IMG/VR virus record: IMGVR_UViG_2648501802_000002
Length of the DNA: 64,000 nucleotides
Direction: 5' to 3' (one strand)
From: a virus
Taxonomy: Duplodnaviria > Heunggongvirae > Uroviricota > Caudoviricetes
Part shown: positions 51,015 through 60,664 of the stretch, piece by piece
Layout of the letters: each line of letters starts with the position of its first letter
Position numbering within the stretch: the stretch's first letter is position 1
The notes under the pieces: generated by a model
Seen by the model: the letters and a program-made list of their open reading frames with translations, nothing else
What the model was told of the DNA's origin: nothing
Databases searched by the model: none
Position numbers and translations under genes: made by a program

Positions 51015-51409
51015 TATCCCCCCCTCACAACCCTGACTTGTGAGCGACTAAGTCCGTACGGTTTCAGCAGTGCTATCGCAAGCTGTAAATCGGGTTCAAG
51101 CAATGCAGTGCTGTTTGCTGGCAACTCAGAAAATGATTTCGATACACTGACCCCGTCAGCCGACACGGCTTTACTGATAACAACGCCAGAATCATTTTTC
51201 TGCTGAAACAACTTACCGAATGAGGCAATTCTGGCTGCATATGCTCCCGCAAGTTTTACCTCTTCCGGAATACGGGATGGGTTAATTTTCAGGTTGAAGC
51301 CATTAAGCCAGGCATTAGCCATTAAAACAGCTTTATTTTTAGCGTTCTCACTCGTCCAGGCGTTCCCAAACGCATTATCAACGTCATCACAGGTCACGTA
51401 AGTGATCAT
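51014..51409 (-). CDS. Head completion/DNA-packaging connector protein
   Basis: 131-aa ORF downstream of capsid gene. Confidence 0.45.
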   Translation of the reverse strand: MITYVTCDDVDNAFGNAWTSENAKNKAVLMANAWLNGFNLKINPSRIPEEVKLAGAYAARIASFGKLFQQKNDSGVVISKAVSADGVSVSKSFSELPANSTALLEPDLQLAIALLKPYGLSRSQVRVVRGG

Positions 51410-51412
51410 GTG

Positions 51413-51589
51413 TTACTCCTGAGTTTTCCAGCCCATAGCCTTCCAGTTGTCAACTTCATCAGGATGAACATTAGCGATAGTTGGTGCGCCGGGAAACATC
51501 TGATAATCGGTCACCATAACCACTAACTCAATTTGCGTTTTTTGTGCGGCTTCACGCTGTGCTCTTTGCTCTTTAGTTAATCCGGCCAT
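51413..51589 (-). CDS. Small phage protein (58 aa) between capsid and connector genes
   Basis: ORF not in supplied track (<60 aa): MAGLTKEQRAQREAAQKTQIELVVMVTDYQMFPGAPTIANVHPDEVDNWKAMGWKTQE; fills the gap exactly. Confidence 0.3.
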   Translation of the reverse strand: MAGLTKEQRAQREAAQKTQIELVVMVTDYQMFPGAPTIANVHPDEVDNWKAMGWKTQE

Positions 51590-51631
51590 ATGCCCCCCAT
51601 TAAAAATGGGGCCGAAGCCCCGTTTGAATGT

Positions 51632-52771
51632 TTAACCAAGAATCAGACAACCATGTGCCGGCTTCACTGATGAAACACCCCATGCCAGTCCAACTTCATA
51701 GCGCACCTGGCGATACTGACGATACAGTGCAATCTGGAACGTAATCCCTGAAATCGGGTCCGTAACATTCATTACATCATCAGCATTATCGCCACCTTCC
51801 GGCATTGCCGGAGTACGGGATGCCAGCAGAAACGCGTTGCGATCAAACGCCATATTTGCCGTAAAGGCCCCAACAACTGTGATGGCAGTATCATCGGCCA
51901 GATCCTGACGCAGTCCGGGCGCTGCAAGAGTAATCAGATTGCTGGTCGCTGCTGCCACAACATACTGATTCGGATCACCAGCGAACGTAACAATCTGACC
52001 TGCAGAAATACTCCCCGAACCAGTATCAATGGAAATAAGAACATCGCCTTCTTTTTTCTCTCCATTCACGAGATAACCAGTTGCAGCAACCTTTGGCGCT
52101 CGTTTCACACCTGCCGAACTGTGAATATTGAATCCCTCCAGACGCCCCAACACGCCCTCACGCAGTAGCTGTTCAGTGCCGGATTCATTCACTTTAAACA
52201 ATACAGACTGTTTTCCGCGCAAATTAGCAATGGCAGTGGAGCCAAGCACCATCTGCAGATCGGTTGTCGGTGCGCCGTTATCCTCCAGAACCTGACGAGC
52301 CAGAGCAGCATCAGAAAGATCATCTTTAACACCAAACGGCGTTGTCCCTGCGGTTCCCACGGCGCGGGAAGCACCGAAATACAACGCACCAAGATCAGCC
52401 TCAACCTCGTTTGCAAGGGCGCGAAAAGCCTGCTTGAACTGATCAGCCAGAATGGTGTTGTAAGTCCCTGAAGGGCCAAGAGCCAGTTGTTCTTCACCAT
52501 TCCATTTAACCGGTGCCATTTTGGATTTAGTAATTTTTACATCAACAGTGCCAATATTTTGATCACCGGTATTCGGAGCTGACGGCCCCGGTACGATATC
52601 TTCGGTTTTCGCCTCAGGCGCAACTGGCGCGGTTACCGTCTGATCTTTTGCTGCGGCGTCAGCTTTTGCGTTTTTTGCTACCGCAGGGATAAAACCTACC
52701 TGCTCACGGGATACAACATCCAGGGCGGTATAAATAGTCGGGATCAACCCGGTCAGGGTATTTCCAGCCAT
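51632..52771 (-). CDS. Major capsid protein
   Basis: Start moved to internal ATG (MAGNTLTGLIP...) with AAGGA ribosome-binding site; about 380 aa, follows scaffold gene. Confidence 0.7.
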   Translation of the reverse strand: MAGNTLTGLIPTIYTALDVVSREQVGFIPAVAKNAKADAAAKDQTVTAPVAPEAKTEDIVPGPSAPNTGDQNIGTVDVKITKSKMAPVKWNGEEQLALGPSGTYNTILADQFKQAFRALANEVEADLGALYFGASRAVGTAGTTPFGVKDDLSDAALARQVLEDNGAPTTDLQMVLGSTAIANLRGKQSVLFKVNESGTEQLLREGVLGRLEGFNIHSSAGVKRAPKVAATGYLVNGEKKEGDVLISIDTGSGSISAGQIVTFAGDPNQYVVAAATSNLITLAAPGLRQDLADDTAITVVGAFTANMAFDRNAFLLASRTPAMPEGGDNADDVMNVTDPISGITFQIALYRQYRQVRYEVGLAWGVSSVKPAHGCLILG

Positions 52772-52869
52772 AATTAAATATTCCTTAAAAATTTGCGTAA
52801 TTGTGAATAGATGGAGTAATGAGCTATCCAGCCCTGACACCAGCTCCCATCCGGAAGCTGACAAATGTG

Positions 52870-53634
52870 TTAATCAACGATTGTGATACCGTCTTTCAAT
52901 GCGTTTTGCTTACCTGCAACATCCAGTGCATCAAAAGCAGAGCGTTTCATCGTTTTCTGACCAATATCATGCTGTGTCGGACGGGAGCCGCCGCCATTGT
53001 TGCCACTGGCTTTCAGGATGTAGTCTTTCTGAGGGTAATTTTCGACAAGGAACTCCAGCGCCTCATCAAACTGCGCCAGTTCGCCAGGCTTCGCGCGGGA
53101 ATAAATTTTGTTGCCGGAAGCGTCATAAGCAACGATCCTCCCTTCTTCCACTTTGAATGCCTGCCCGAAGCGGGCTTGTAATAAATCTGCCGGGATCGCA
53201 ATTTTATCGGCAATATATTTTGAACCCGCAAAACTACCGCCAATCATAGAATCGTAAAGCTGCTTCTCCAGCATCTGAGAGCGTTGCTTTTCTTCATCTA
53301 ATTGCTGCTGAAAATTTTTCGTAATTTCTGCCTTAACCTGGTCAACCTGTCCCGCATCGAGCAGCTTTTTCTGGTCGATTTTTGACAGCATTTCCAGTGC
53401 CTCGATCGCCTTCTTCGGGTCTTCGATAGCGGCAAACTTAGCCAGTTTTTCCTCTGCAGCTTCTTTAGCCAGGCGATGATTTTTTGCCTCGCCATTAAGC
53501 TCTGTAATTTTTTTTGTCGCCAGCGGTGCATCGAAGCCAATTTCTTTACCATCGTCGTGCACATAAACTGGCAGGCCAGCAGTATCAATTTCTGCGTATT
53601 GTTTTCCGTTAATCTCGACCGTTTTCAGTTTCAT
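52870..53634 (-). CDS. Capsid scaffolding protein
   Basis: Start moved to internal ATG (MKLKTVEINGKQYAEID...); helical, charged, between head-morphogenesis and capsid genes. Confidence 0.6.
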   Translation of the reverse strand: MKLKTVEINGKQYAEIDTAGLPVYVHDDGKEIGFDAPLATKKITELNGEAKNHRLAKEAAEEKLAKFAAIEDPKKAIEALEMLSKIDQKKLLDAGQVDQVKAEITKNFQQQLDEEKQRSQMLEKQLYDSMIGGSFAGSKYIADKIAIPADLLQARFGQAFKVEEGRIVAYDASGNKIYSRAKPGELAQFDEALEFLVENYPQKDYILKASGNNGGGSRPTQHDIGQKTMKRSAFDALDVAGKQNALKDGITIVD

Positions 53635-53738
53635 ATTAGTACCTGGTTTAAGTCTTCCGACAGTTACGCTGCTCACCATCCGGATCGCAGCAATAAAAAA
53701 GGCCACCCGAAGGTAGCCTGTTGTAATAAATGATTTAT

Positions 53739-54854
53739 TTAAATCCCTGCTTTTCTGAATACCTGTGCATCACGCTCACGGAGCTGCTTCAGCGTCAGCC
53801 ATTCGCCTTTATCGGTGTAAAATTCATCTGGCGACATACCACCATCCCGAATCAGCTTTGCTCGGGTTTCCCCCACAATCTGTTTTTGTCTGGTGTAAGG
53901 CTGACGCAAAAACCATTCCCTGTAGGTTGTATCTCCGGCCACCACGCCATCCATGCTGGCCCGCTCAGCCGGGGAAATATCGCGAACATCAATACCCAGT
54001 TCCTTCGCTGATTTCAGAATGAACGTTTCCGTTGAGCGGCAGCAGAAATGAATTTTTCCCGGCCCCTGCAAATAAGGCACGCTGTGACCTACAGGTTTAT
54101 TATTCAGCGTATATTTGAGGCGATCCCTGATTCGACATTGTGGCGTAGTACGATTATCAAGCGTTGATAACCATTGCTTACCCTTAATCAAATCATTATT
54201 CGCGCTGGCAAAACTCTCACGGGCAGTAGCAGCAAGATGTCCAACCGCTGTTTTTGCAATGCTGGCCGCATTAGCCCGGCTCATCTGCAATGCACCATCC
54301 TGAAATCCCTTACTGACATGTCCCCGAATTTTTCTTGCGATCTGCTCATTGGTATCCCCCAGCAAAAAACCCTGACGCACTGTATTTGTTATGCGTCTGA
54401 GCCGATCCGCCTCAAGATCTGAGGCCCACTCACTGAGCAGTCGTCCCTGGAATGGTCGCGCCATTGCAGCGGCATAAAGTGCATCAGGAGAGATACCAAC
54501 CAGAGGGTGAACATCAGCAACAAAATCAGGTAGCATAGAATCAAACAGACTTAACTGATAACCAGCCTCATAAATTGCCAGCTCGTTCAGCTCTCCGGAG
54601 AGACTGGTAAACATGCTGTTAATAGCAGTGCGGTTAACCTTTCTGACGCTCGCCAGAAGTGACTCCAGGCGCTTAACGGTAAAATTACCTGGATCGAGGC
54701 TGTCCAGTGCTATCAGCAGGCGAGCAGTAAGTTCCGCATCGCTGTCATTCAGTATTTTCACCATTCTGGCAGCCACGCCAGTGCTATAGCGGGATATCCA
54801 GACTGCATGAGCAATTGATTCATCACGCAGCCGTTCATTCACGGTTTGCATCAT
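53739..54854 (-). CDS. Head morphogenesis protein (Mu F / SPP1 gp7-like)
   Basis: 371-aa ORF directly downstream of portal. Confidence 0.7.
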   Translation of the reverse strand: MMQTVNERLRDESIAHAVWISRYSTGVAARMVKILNDSDAELTARLLIALDSLDPGNFTVKRLESLLASVRKVNRTAINSMFTSLSGELNELAIYEAGYQLSLFDSMLPDFVADVHPLVGISPDALYAAAMARPFQGRLLSEWASDLEADRLRRITNTVRQGFLLGDTNEQIARKIRGHVSKGFQDGALQMSRANAASIAKTAVGHLAATARESFASANNDLIKGKQWLSTLDNRTTPQCRIRDRLKYTLNNKPVGHSVPYLQGPGKIHFCCRSTETFILKSAKELGIDVRDISPAERASMDGVVAGDTTYREWFLRQPYTRQKQIVGETRAKLIRDGGMSPDEFYTDKGEWLTLKQLRERDAQVFRKAGI

Positions 54855-56241
54855 TGATTTCCATCAGCATTACACTCTGATTTTTTAATTCATCGATCAC
54901 TTCCTCTGGACGGGAATCCTGATCGATAAATTTCAACGCCTGCAACACCCGAACCGCATCAATCTGACGTATATCACCGCCCTGACGCAATGACTGAACA
55001 GCCAGCGCGGAGGATGAGTCAAACACCTGGGCAGATACATCCAGTTCAGTGCGCACATCCACATTGCCACCGCAACTCTCTCCGATCCATTCCGCCATTA
55101 TCTGGAGAATATTATCGAGGGCATCTTCGAGGGAGTTCGCCATTGTATAAAGCGGCGAGTTTTCCTGCATTCGCTCTTCATTAGTCTGATCAACAGATTT
55201 GGTGGATGTATTTTCAGCACGCAGAAGTTTAGCGCCGGCATGACGCATCTGATTTTCCAGCTTCTCAAGTGATGTTTCGCCAGATTCTATCGCTGCGCCA
55301 CTATGTTCAACATATTCGAGGCCATTTTTTGTTCTGTCCTCAAAAATCGTAGCGGTGGATGCACCAACCGTCAGTTCTTCATTCCTGTCCAGCCCGTAGG
55401 CCACCAGCAATGGAACGCGGGTAACATGAAGAATATTGTCCTGCTCGCTCTGGCTTTGCCAGTGCTTGATATTCAGCAAGCCAAGATTAAGCAATGGCGG
55501 TGTACCACGCATAAATCCTGTTTTCTTCGTGTACAGTGTTACCAGAGGAATATCATCACGGCTGGTATTCCATGACTCATGAAGCGTCCAGACAGATTCG
55601 CCATTAGTGCCTTCGCTACGTCGATAAATTTCAACTCGACGGGGCATAATATGGCGGATCTGCTCCACCTTCTTCTGCCCGAAATCATCACCATCAATAA
55701 TGATGACCTCTTTTATACGCAAATCAGTGAGAACAACTTTCCCTTTTTCAACTTTCGATTTCCATCCAATAACCTGGCGTGGATTCAGCATCGTAACGTA
55801 CGGACGACCACCGGTCGCGTTTTCATCGGCTTTTGTACGAATCTCTTTCATATCCGTTCGTGGATAGTCCACCAGCGCATGTGCCACACCATACTGAAAT
55901 GCGAGGCTGAAAAATTGCTGGGCCCACACATCCAGTCGGCTCCCCTCCATGTCGATATTTTCTGCATATTCCCTGATTTTTGCCGGCGTTTCCTCACTCA
56001 ATACTGTCGGCTCTGCAAATATGCGCCCAATATTTTGCTTGATGCTTTCTTCATACACAGGAAGTAGCGTAGCCACAGACAGGCGTTTTTTATAAGCGTC
56101 TTCATCTTCGTTAGGCCATTTTGGGAGATAATTTTCCCCCTGCCTGCGCATTTCAAGCGTACCGCCCATCAGTGCGTCGTTAATATCCCACGCCTCCAGC
56201 ATATCGTTATAGTCGAGGTTGGGTGTTGATATATCAGCCAT
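54835..56241 (-). CDS. Portal protein
   Basis: 468-aa ORF immediately downstream of terminase large subunit. Confidence 0.75.
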   Translation of the reverse strand: MADISTPNLDYNDMLEAWDINDALMGGTLEMRRQGENYLPKWPNEDEDAYKKRLSVATLLPVYEESIKQNIGRIFAEPTVLSEETPAKIREYAENIDMEGSRLDVWAQQFFSLAFQYGVAHALVDYPRTDMKEIRTKADENATGGRPYVTMLNPRQVIGWKSKVEKGKVVLTDLRIKEVIIIDGDDFGQKKVEQIRHIMPRRVEIYRRSEGTNGESVWTLHESWNTSRDDIPLVTLYTKKTGFMRGTPPLLNLGLLNIKHWQSQSEQDNILHVTRVPLLVAYGLDRNEELTVGASTATIFEDRTKNGLEYVEHSGAAIESGETSLEKLENQMRHAGAKLLRAENTSTKSVDQTNEERMQENSPLYTMANSLEDALDNILQIMAEWIGESCGGNVDVRTELDVSAQVFDSSSALAVQSLRQGGDIRQIDAVRVLQALKFIDQDSRPEEVIDELKNQSVMLMEINDANRE

Positions 56242-56243
56242 AA

Positions 56244-57554
56244 TTAAATCCGAAGTGATGTGACTCTTCCGGTCGGTTTGACAATAGGGAATTGCTTAAC
56301 GATGAAATAACCTCCTGCATCATTCGGGTGATCATTGCCAGATTTTTTATCAGGCTCCCCCTTCTCATCCCAGACCTGTTGCTCCAGAGATTCGGCATAT
56401 AACGGGCAACGCTTCACATTAACTTTATAGCGACGCTCACCATTGGCATTGCAGAACATTGCATTCATTGAGTTAACGCGATCTTTTACTGGCGGGTTCG
56501 AGCTGTTCACCACAACGTTAAAACCAGCCTGCTTAAGCTGGGCTATATCCGTCGTACTTGCGTTACTTGATTTTCTGGAATCCCCGGAAGCATCTGGATA
56601 AATATAAATTTCCCTCACTTTCCGGTAATCATTCCCATCATACAGCCAGAAGCGTTCTTTAATGATGCGGATCATATCCGGCGTATCGTAGGCATTGATG
56701 ATTTCAGTTACCGCACATGGAAGCCCCAAACGCAGCACATGGACGATTCCCGCCATCTTTCCAACGTTAAAATCCATCCCAATATAAATCGGCTCCCCTG
56801 GCTGCTCCACTTCTTCGCAATTATTCAGTTTCCGGTCAAACTGATGGTAAACAGTACCACTTGTCAGGTTAGTAAACTGTCCTCGAAGATAGGCTTTAAT
56901 CAGCTCTGGAGGGTATGATTCAAGAAGCGAAGGAATGTAATCTGCTGGCAGGTTCTTTTCATTATCGAAAGTAGATGCCTGCACCAGACCATACAGTGAG
57001 GCCAGCTCTGTTTTTTCACGCACGGCTTTAACAAACTGCTCGTAGACAAATTTGAATCCTTCCGGCGTGGTTGTAACGTCAATACCGTTGCGAAGTCCAT
57101 CAATCTTATAACGCATACGTGCAATTATCTTGCGCCACGCCGTTCTGGCTTTTTCCTTCGGCAAAATGTCCAGTTCATCCACCAACGCATTACCAATTTT
57201 GAAACCGACGATCGTTTGTGGCTTCTCCATCGATCTGCAGATAGTGGTTCCCCGATACTGGCGTCCGTAATAAAAGTGAACCTCTTTATTTCCCTCATTA
57301 ATTTTTACGTTCAATCCCCAGTCAGCAGCAACTTCTTCCACTGTAGGGTAAAAAATATCGCGAATTTGGGGATACGTTGGCGCAAAATATCCCTGATTTA
57401 TACCTGGATGCTCCCAAATCCCCTTGCATATGCCGCCACACCCAACCCATGTTTTGCCCGAGCCAAAACCAGCAATATAGGCTTTAAATTTATGGGGCAT
57501 TGAAAGAAATCGCGCCTGAGGCACATTAAGCGTCGGAGAGATCATCTTCATCAC
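56244..57554 (-). CDS. Terminase large subunit
   Basis: 436-aa ORF with Walker A AGFGSGKTW and C-terminal nuclease-like region. Confidence 0.85.
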   Translation of the reverse strand: MMKMISPTLNVPQARFLSMPHKFKAYIAGFGSGKTWVGCGGICKGIWEHPGINQGYFAPTYPQIRDIFYPTVEEVAADWGLNVKINEGNKEVHFYYGRQYRGTTICRSMEKPQTIVGFKIGNALVDELDILPKEKARTAWRKIIARMRYKIDGLRNGIDVTTTPEGFKFVYEQFVKAVREKTELASLYGLVQASTFDNEKNLPADYIPSLLESYPPELIKAYLRGQFTNLTSGTVYHQFDRKLNNCEEVEQPGEPIYIGMDFNVGKMAGIVHVLRLGLPCAVTEIINAYDTPDMIRIIKERFWLYDGNDYRKVREIYIYPDASGDSRKSSNASTTDIAQLKQAGFNVVVNSSNPPVKDRVNSMNAMFCNANGERRYKVNVKRCPLYAESLEQQVWDEKGEPDKKSGNDHPNDAGGYFIVKQFPIVKPTGRVTSLRI

Positions 57555-58620
57555 TCCTTACTCTGGCATCAACCACATTAATATTGATCGCCACAGGCTG
57601 GGGATGTTCATTATCTTCCACCGTTTCGATCTCTTTGCGCAGCTTCTGGTTTTCCATTCTGCGCCGTTCAATTTCCAGTTCCTGTAGCCGTTTATCTGCA
57701 CATAAAGCCCCGCCAGCAGAAAACAAACGCAACAATTCACGCCGGGCGGCAGCCTTATCCTCCAGCAGGATCTCAACGCCGAATTTTCCGAATTTTGCCC
57801 CTGCATATAATTGCCGCGCATCCCCATCAAGCAGAGTGGTATCAGCCATATAAAGCTGTCCCGTTCCCTCACCGCAGCACTTCGGGCAGTCCGGATTGGG
57901 TATGGCGTTATCAACAAAGCCGAGGCCTCCATATTCCGGTTCGGGTTTGCCATCTCTGGAAGCCTGCGCCGCTGCCTTGTCGAATTCTGCTATATCGCGC
58001 CACTGGTAGAGATGATTCTCGCCCCAGCAATAACGGCAGTTAACACGGCGAAATTGTGCAAGCTGATTGGGGTCGGCCAGGACAATAGCCATCAACTGAC
58101 TCACTAGTAAATCCAGGTCTGCGGTATAGCGTTTCTGGTACTGATTGCGGAAGTAGCTGATAGCGCGAAAAACCCTGGCATTTCTAAGCATACGACTGGC
58201 GTTGCTGTTAGCTGTCGCACCTTGCCCCTCATAACCGGCTAGTCGGTACGCCTCTGTCGGCTTTTTACCCTGAGCAACAAGCATCGCAAACTTAGCCTGC
58301 TGGTCAGAAATGCCGAATTCATCGGGACAGAACGAAAATTCCTCCGCGTCGCCCTCATTCAGGCCCGCATCGAATACTGGCTTTTTTTCCTGAGATTTTT
58401 CGTTCCGCTTTTGTGCAGTCTGCGCAGATTTTTTCTGCGCACTTTTTTGCGCAGTTTTGCACATTTCTGTCTGCGCATTTTTCGGAGTTTTTTTGATGTA
58501 ACGACGGGCTGTTGCGTAATTCAGTCCCCTTGCTTCACACCATGCCACCGGAGATATACCGGAGCGGGTGTATTCAGCAATATACTCCTGCTGCAACGCC
58601 CCCCAGTCCGGTCTGCTCAT
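57526..58620 (-). CDS. Terminase small subunit
   Basis: 364-aa ORF; N-terminal HTH (MSRPDWGALQQEYIAEYTRSGISPVAWCEARGLNYATARRY); overlaps terminase large start. Confidence 0.65.
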   Translation of the reverse strand: MSRPDWGALQQEYIAEYTRSGISPVAWCEARGLNYATARRYIKKTPKNAQTEMCKTAQKSAQKKSAQTAQKRNEKSQEKKPVFDAGLNEGDAEEFSFCPDEFGISDQQAKFAMLVAQGKKPTEAYRLAGYEGQGATANSNASRMLRNARVFRAISYFRNQYQKRYTADLDLLVSQLMAIVLADPNQLAQFRRVNCRYCWGENHLYQWRDIAEFDKAAAQASRDGKPEPEYGGLGFVDNAIPNPDCPKCCGEGTGQLYMADTTLLDGDARQLYAGAKFGKFGVEILLEDKAAARRELLRLFSAGGALCADKRLQELEIERRRMENQKLRKEIETVEDNEHPQPVAININVVDARVRSDEDDLSDA

Positions 58621-58623
58621 CAG

Positions 58624-58875
58624 TTAGTCCTGATTTTTATCCACCCTGAGTAGTTCGCGCAGAGCAAAGGCATCCCCTTTTCTGGCAAGCTTAAACAATG
58701 CCGCTCGTAACTCGGCTTCACCTTTCGCTCTGCCCTTACGGATGGCCGCATAAAAATCTGTCATTGCTTCCCGATTTTCTTTCAGTCGGTTCAGATCAAC
58801 ATCCAGAACGTCAGCGATTTGTTGTGCAGTCATCCGGCACGCTGCCAGAGACTCGACTTTCGAATACGGAATCAT
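58624..58875 (-). CDS. Small hypothetical protein upstream of terminase
   Basis: 83-aa helical ORF; overlaps upstream ORF by 65 nt so true start uncertain. Confidence 0.3.
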   Translation of the reverse strand: MIPYSKVESLAACRMTAQQIADVLDVDLNRLKENREAMTDFYAAIRKGRAKGEAELRAALFKLARKGDAFALRELLRVDKNQD

Positions 58876-59764
58876 TTGTCACCCCCATTGATATGCAGGG
58901 TGTCTTCTTCCTGTATTTTTCGTGAAGGATTTTTACTGCAGCGTTGTTCCAGGTGACCTGATGGTGAATGCGTTTATGGCTGGCACCCATCAGTGAGATT
59001 TTTACGCACGACGGCGCATACATGACGGAGTAAAAACTTTTAACGTAGGTTCCGGAATCCAGATACAGCTCGGTCATTCCGCCGCTGTTTTTCTGCGTCT
59101 GTTTCTGCCCTAACTGGACAGCACCGATCGTCATAAACAATTCACCACAGCGACCGAGATTCGTGTACGTATTCACATCCTCGTTAATGCGCCCCATGAA
59201 TGAGAACGGTCGATCAACCGAACAGATAAAGCTGTTCATTGCCTTGCGTTTCACCCACGAAGCATGGCCGCCATTGTCACCAAGAAAATCCCCGCCCTGC
59301 GACATAGCGATGGAAAGAGCAGGTATTGATTCGTAGTACGCCAGCATTTCAGAAAGGATCGCATCCAGTTTCCTTATCGGAAAATAGGCCTGGTCATAGT
59401 TGCGATCCACCCGAAACTGGAACTCGTGATAATCATCATCGAGCTGAATGAAGTATTTACACCCGACCAGTTTTGCCAGGTCGAAACAGGCATTACGGGC
59501 GTAAAAAATTGAGCGGCGGTCACAGAAATTATCGGCTTCGTCAAAACGACTGGCGATATCGGCTTTGGAAAACACCAGCACCTGTTCACCAAATTCAGCC
59601 ATGTACTGATTCCGTGTCTTATCTTCATCATCAACAACGATAAAAATTTTCCCGGTATAGCCAGCACGACGCAACGTCCGGTAAGTCAGAACTTTGTCCG
59701 GTCGCCCGTGAGTCAGAATAAAGGCGCAAAAATCATCACGCATATTCCTCCTCCTCACCACCAT
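58811..59764 (-). CDS. Hypothetical protein with GT-A-like fold features (DXD-type motifs)
   Basis: 317-aa ORF; FILTHGRPDKVL...IFIVVDDED and FIQLDDDY resemble nucleotide-sugar transferase motifs; function unverified. Confidence 0.4.
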   Translation of the reverse strand: MVVRRRNMRDDFCAFILTHGRPDKVLTYRTLRRAGYTGKIFIVVDDEDKTRNQYMAEFGEQVLVFSKADIASRFDEADNFCDRRSIFYARNACFDLAKLVGCKYFIQLDDDYHEFQFRVDRNYDQAYFPIRKLDAILSEMLAYYESIPALSIAMSQGGDFLGDNGGHASWVKRKAMNSFICSVDRPFSFMGRINEDVNTYTNLGRCGELFMTIGAVQLGQKQTQKNSGGMTELYLDSGTYVKSFYSVMYAPSCVKISLMGASHKRIHHQVTWNNAAVKILHEKYRKKTPCISMGVTNDSVFESRVSGSVPDDCTTNR

Positions 59765-60527
59765 GCATGATCTCCACCATGCGCTGCGTCATCCGGACAA
59801 ATCCATTTTCAATAGCCTGCTGATAATCAATGATCACCAGCGCCGACTCCTCGAAAAAACACTGAATTTCAGAGGGGGCGTGAGCGTAATAGTCCGCAAT
59901 TCTGCTGAAATTAAACACCGTGTGACGTTCTGCCGCACACAGGAGGAATTTCTCAATATCAGGCTCAAGGGACGCCGAACGTATCCGGCTGATCAGCTCC
60001 TGAGTTTTCGTATCGTCGTACAGTTCACTGATATCCGGTTTACCGCCCGACGGCTCATAAACAGGCGTATCAATTTTCGTCGCATACGGCTCCTCCTCAT
60101 TTCCTGTACCGGGCAAAACATCCGTCAACAGTTCATCAATTTCTGTCGGGATGAAGCCTGTCAGGGAGACATCAAAATCAGCATTGATTAGGTCCGACAG
60201 CTCCATCCGCAACAGATCTTCATCCCAGCCAGCATTCATCGGCAGGCGATTATCTGCCAGGCGGTACGCCTTTTTCTGCTCATCCGTCAGGCCAGACAGA
60301 ACAATGACCGGAACAGAATCCATTTTGAGCATTTCAGCCGCCATAACACGACCGTGACCCGCAATAATTTCGCCCTTTTCGTCAATCAGCACCGGATTAG
60401 TCCAGCCGAATTGCTTAATACTTTCTACCAGTTGTGCCACCTGCTCAGGGCTGTGCGTCCTGGCGTTGTGCGCATACGGTGACAATTCTTGTAATGGGCG
60501 ATAGACTATCTTTAATTTCTCGCTCAT
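59736..60527 (-). CDS. ParB-like nuclease domain protein (YnaK-like)
   Basis: 263-aa ORF; ParB N-terminal domain motif (VLIDEKGEIIAGHGRVMAAEML). Confidence 0.7.
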   Translation of the reverse strand: MSEKLKIVYRPLQELSPYAHNARTHSPEQVAQLVESIKQFGWTNPVLIDEKGEIIAGHGRVMAAEMLKMDSVPVIVLSGLTDEQKKAYRLADNRLPMNAGWDEDLLRMELSDLINADFDVSLTGFIPTEIDELLTDVLPGTGNEEEPYATKIDTPVYEPSGGKPDISELYDDTKTQELISRIRSASLEPDIEKFLLCAAERHTVFNFSRIADYYAHAPSEIQCFFEESALVIIDYQQAIENGFVRMTQRMVEIMHGGEEEEYA

Positions 60528-60664
60528 ACAGCCTTGCTTTATGAATAAAACGCACCCCAGCAGCCAGTGCTACTGGGGACGGAGGGGTTGCTGGTAAAGT
60601 TAGGTATTGGATCAATGAGTGAGTCAACATAATATTAAACTCACAATTATAAATCAGCCATATA

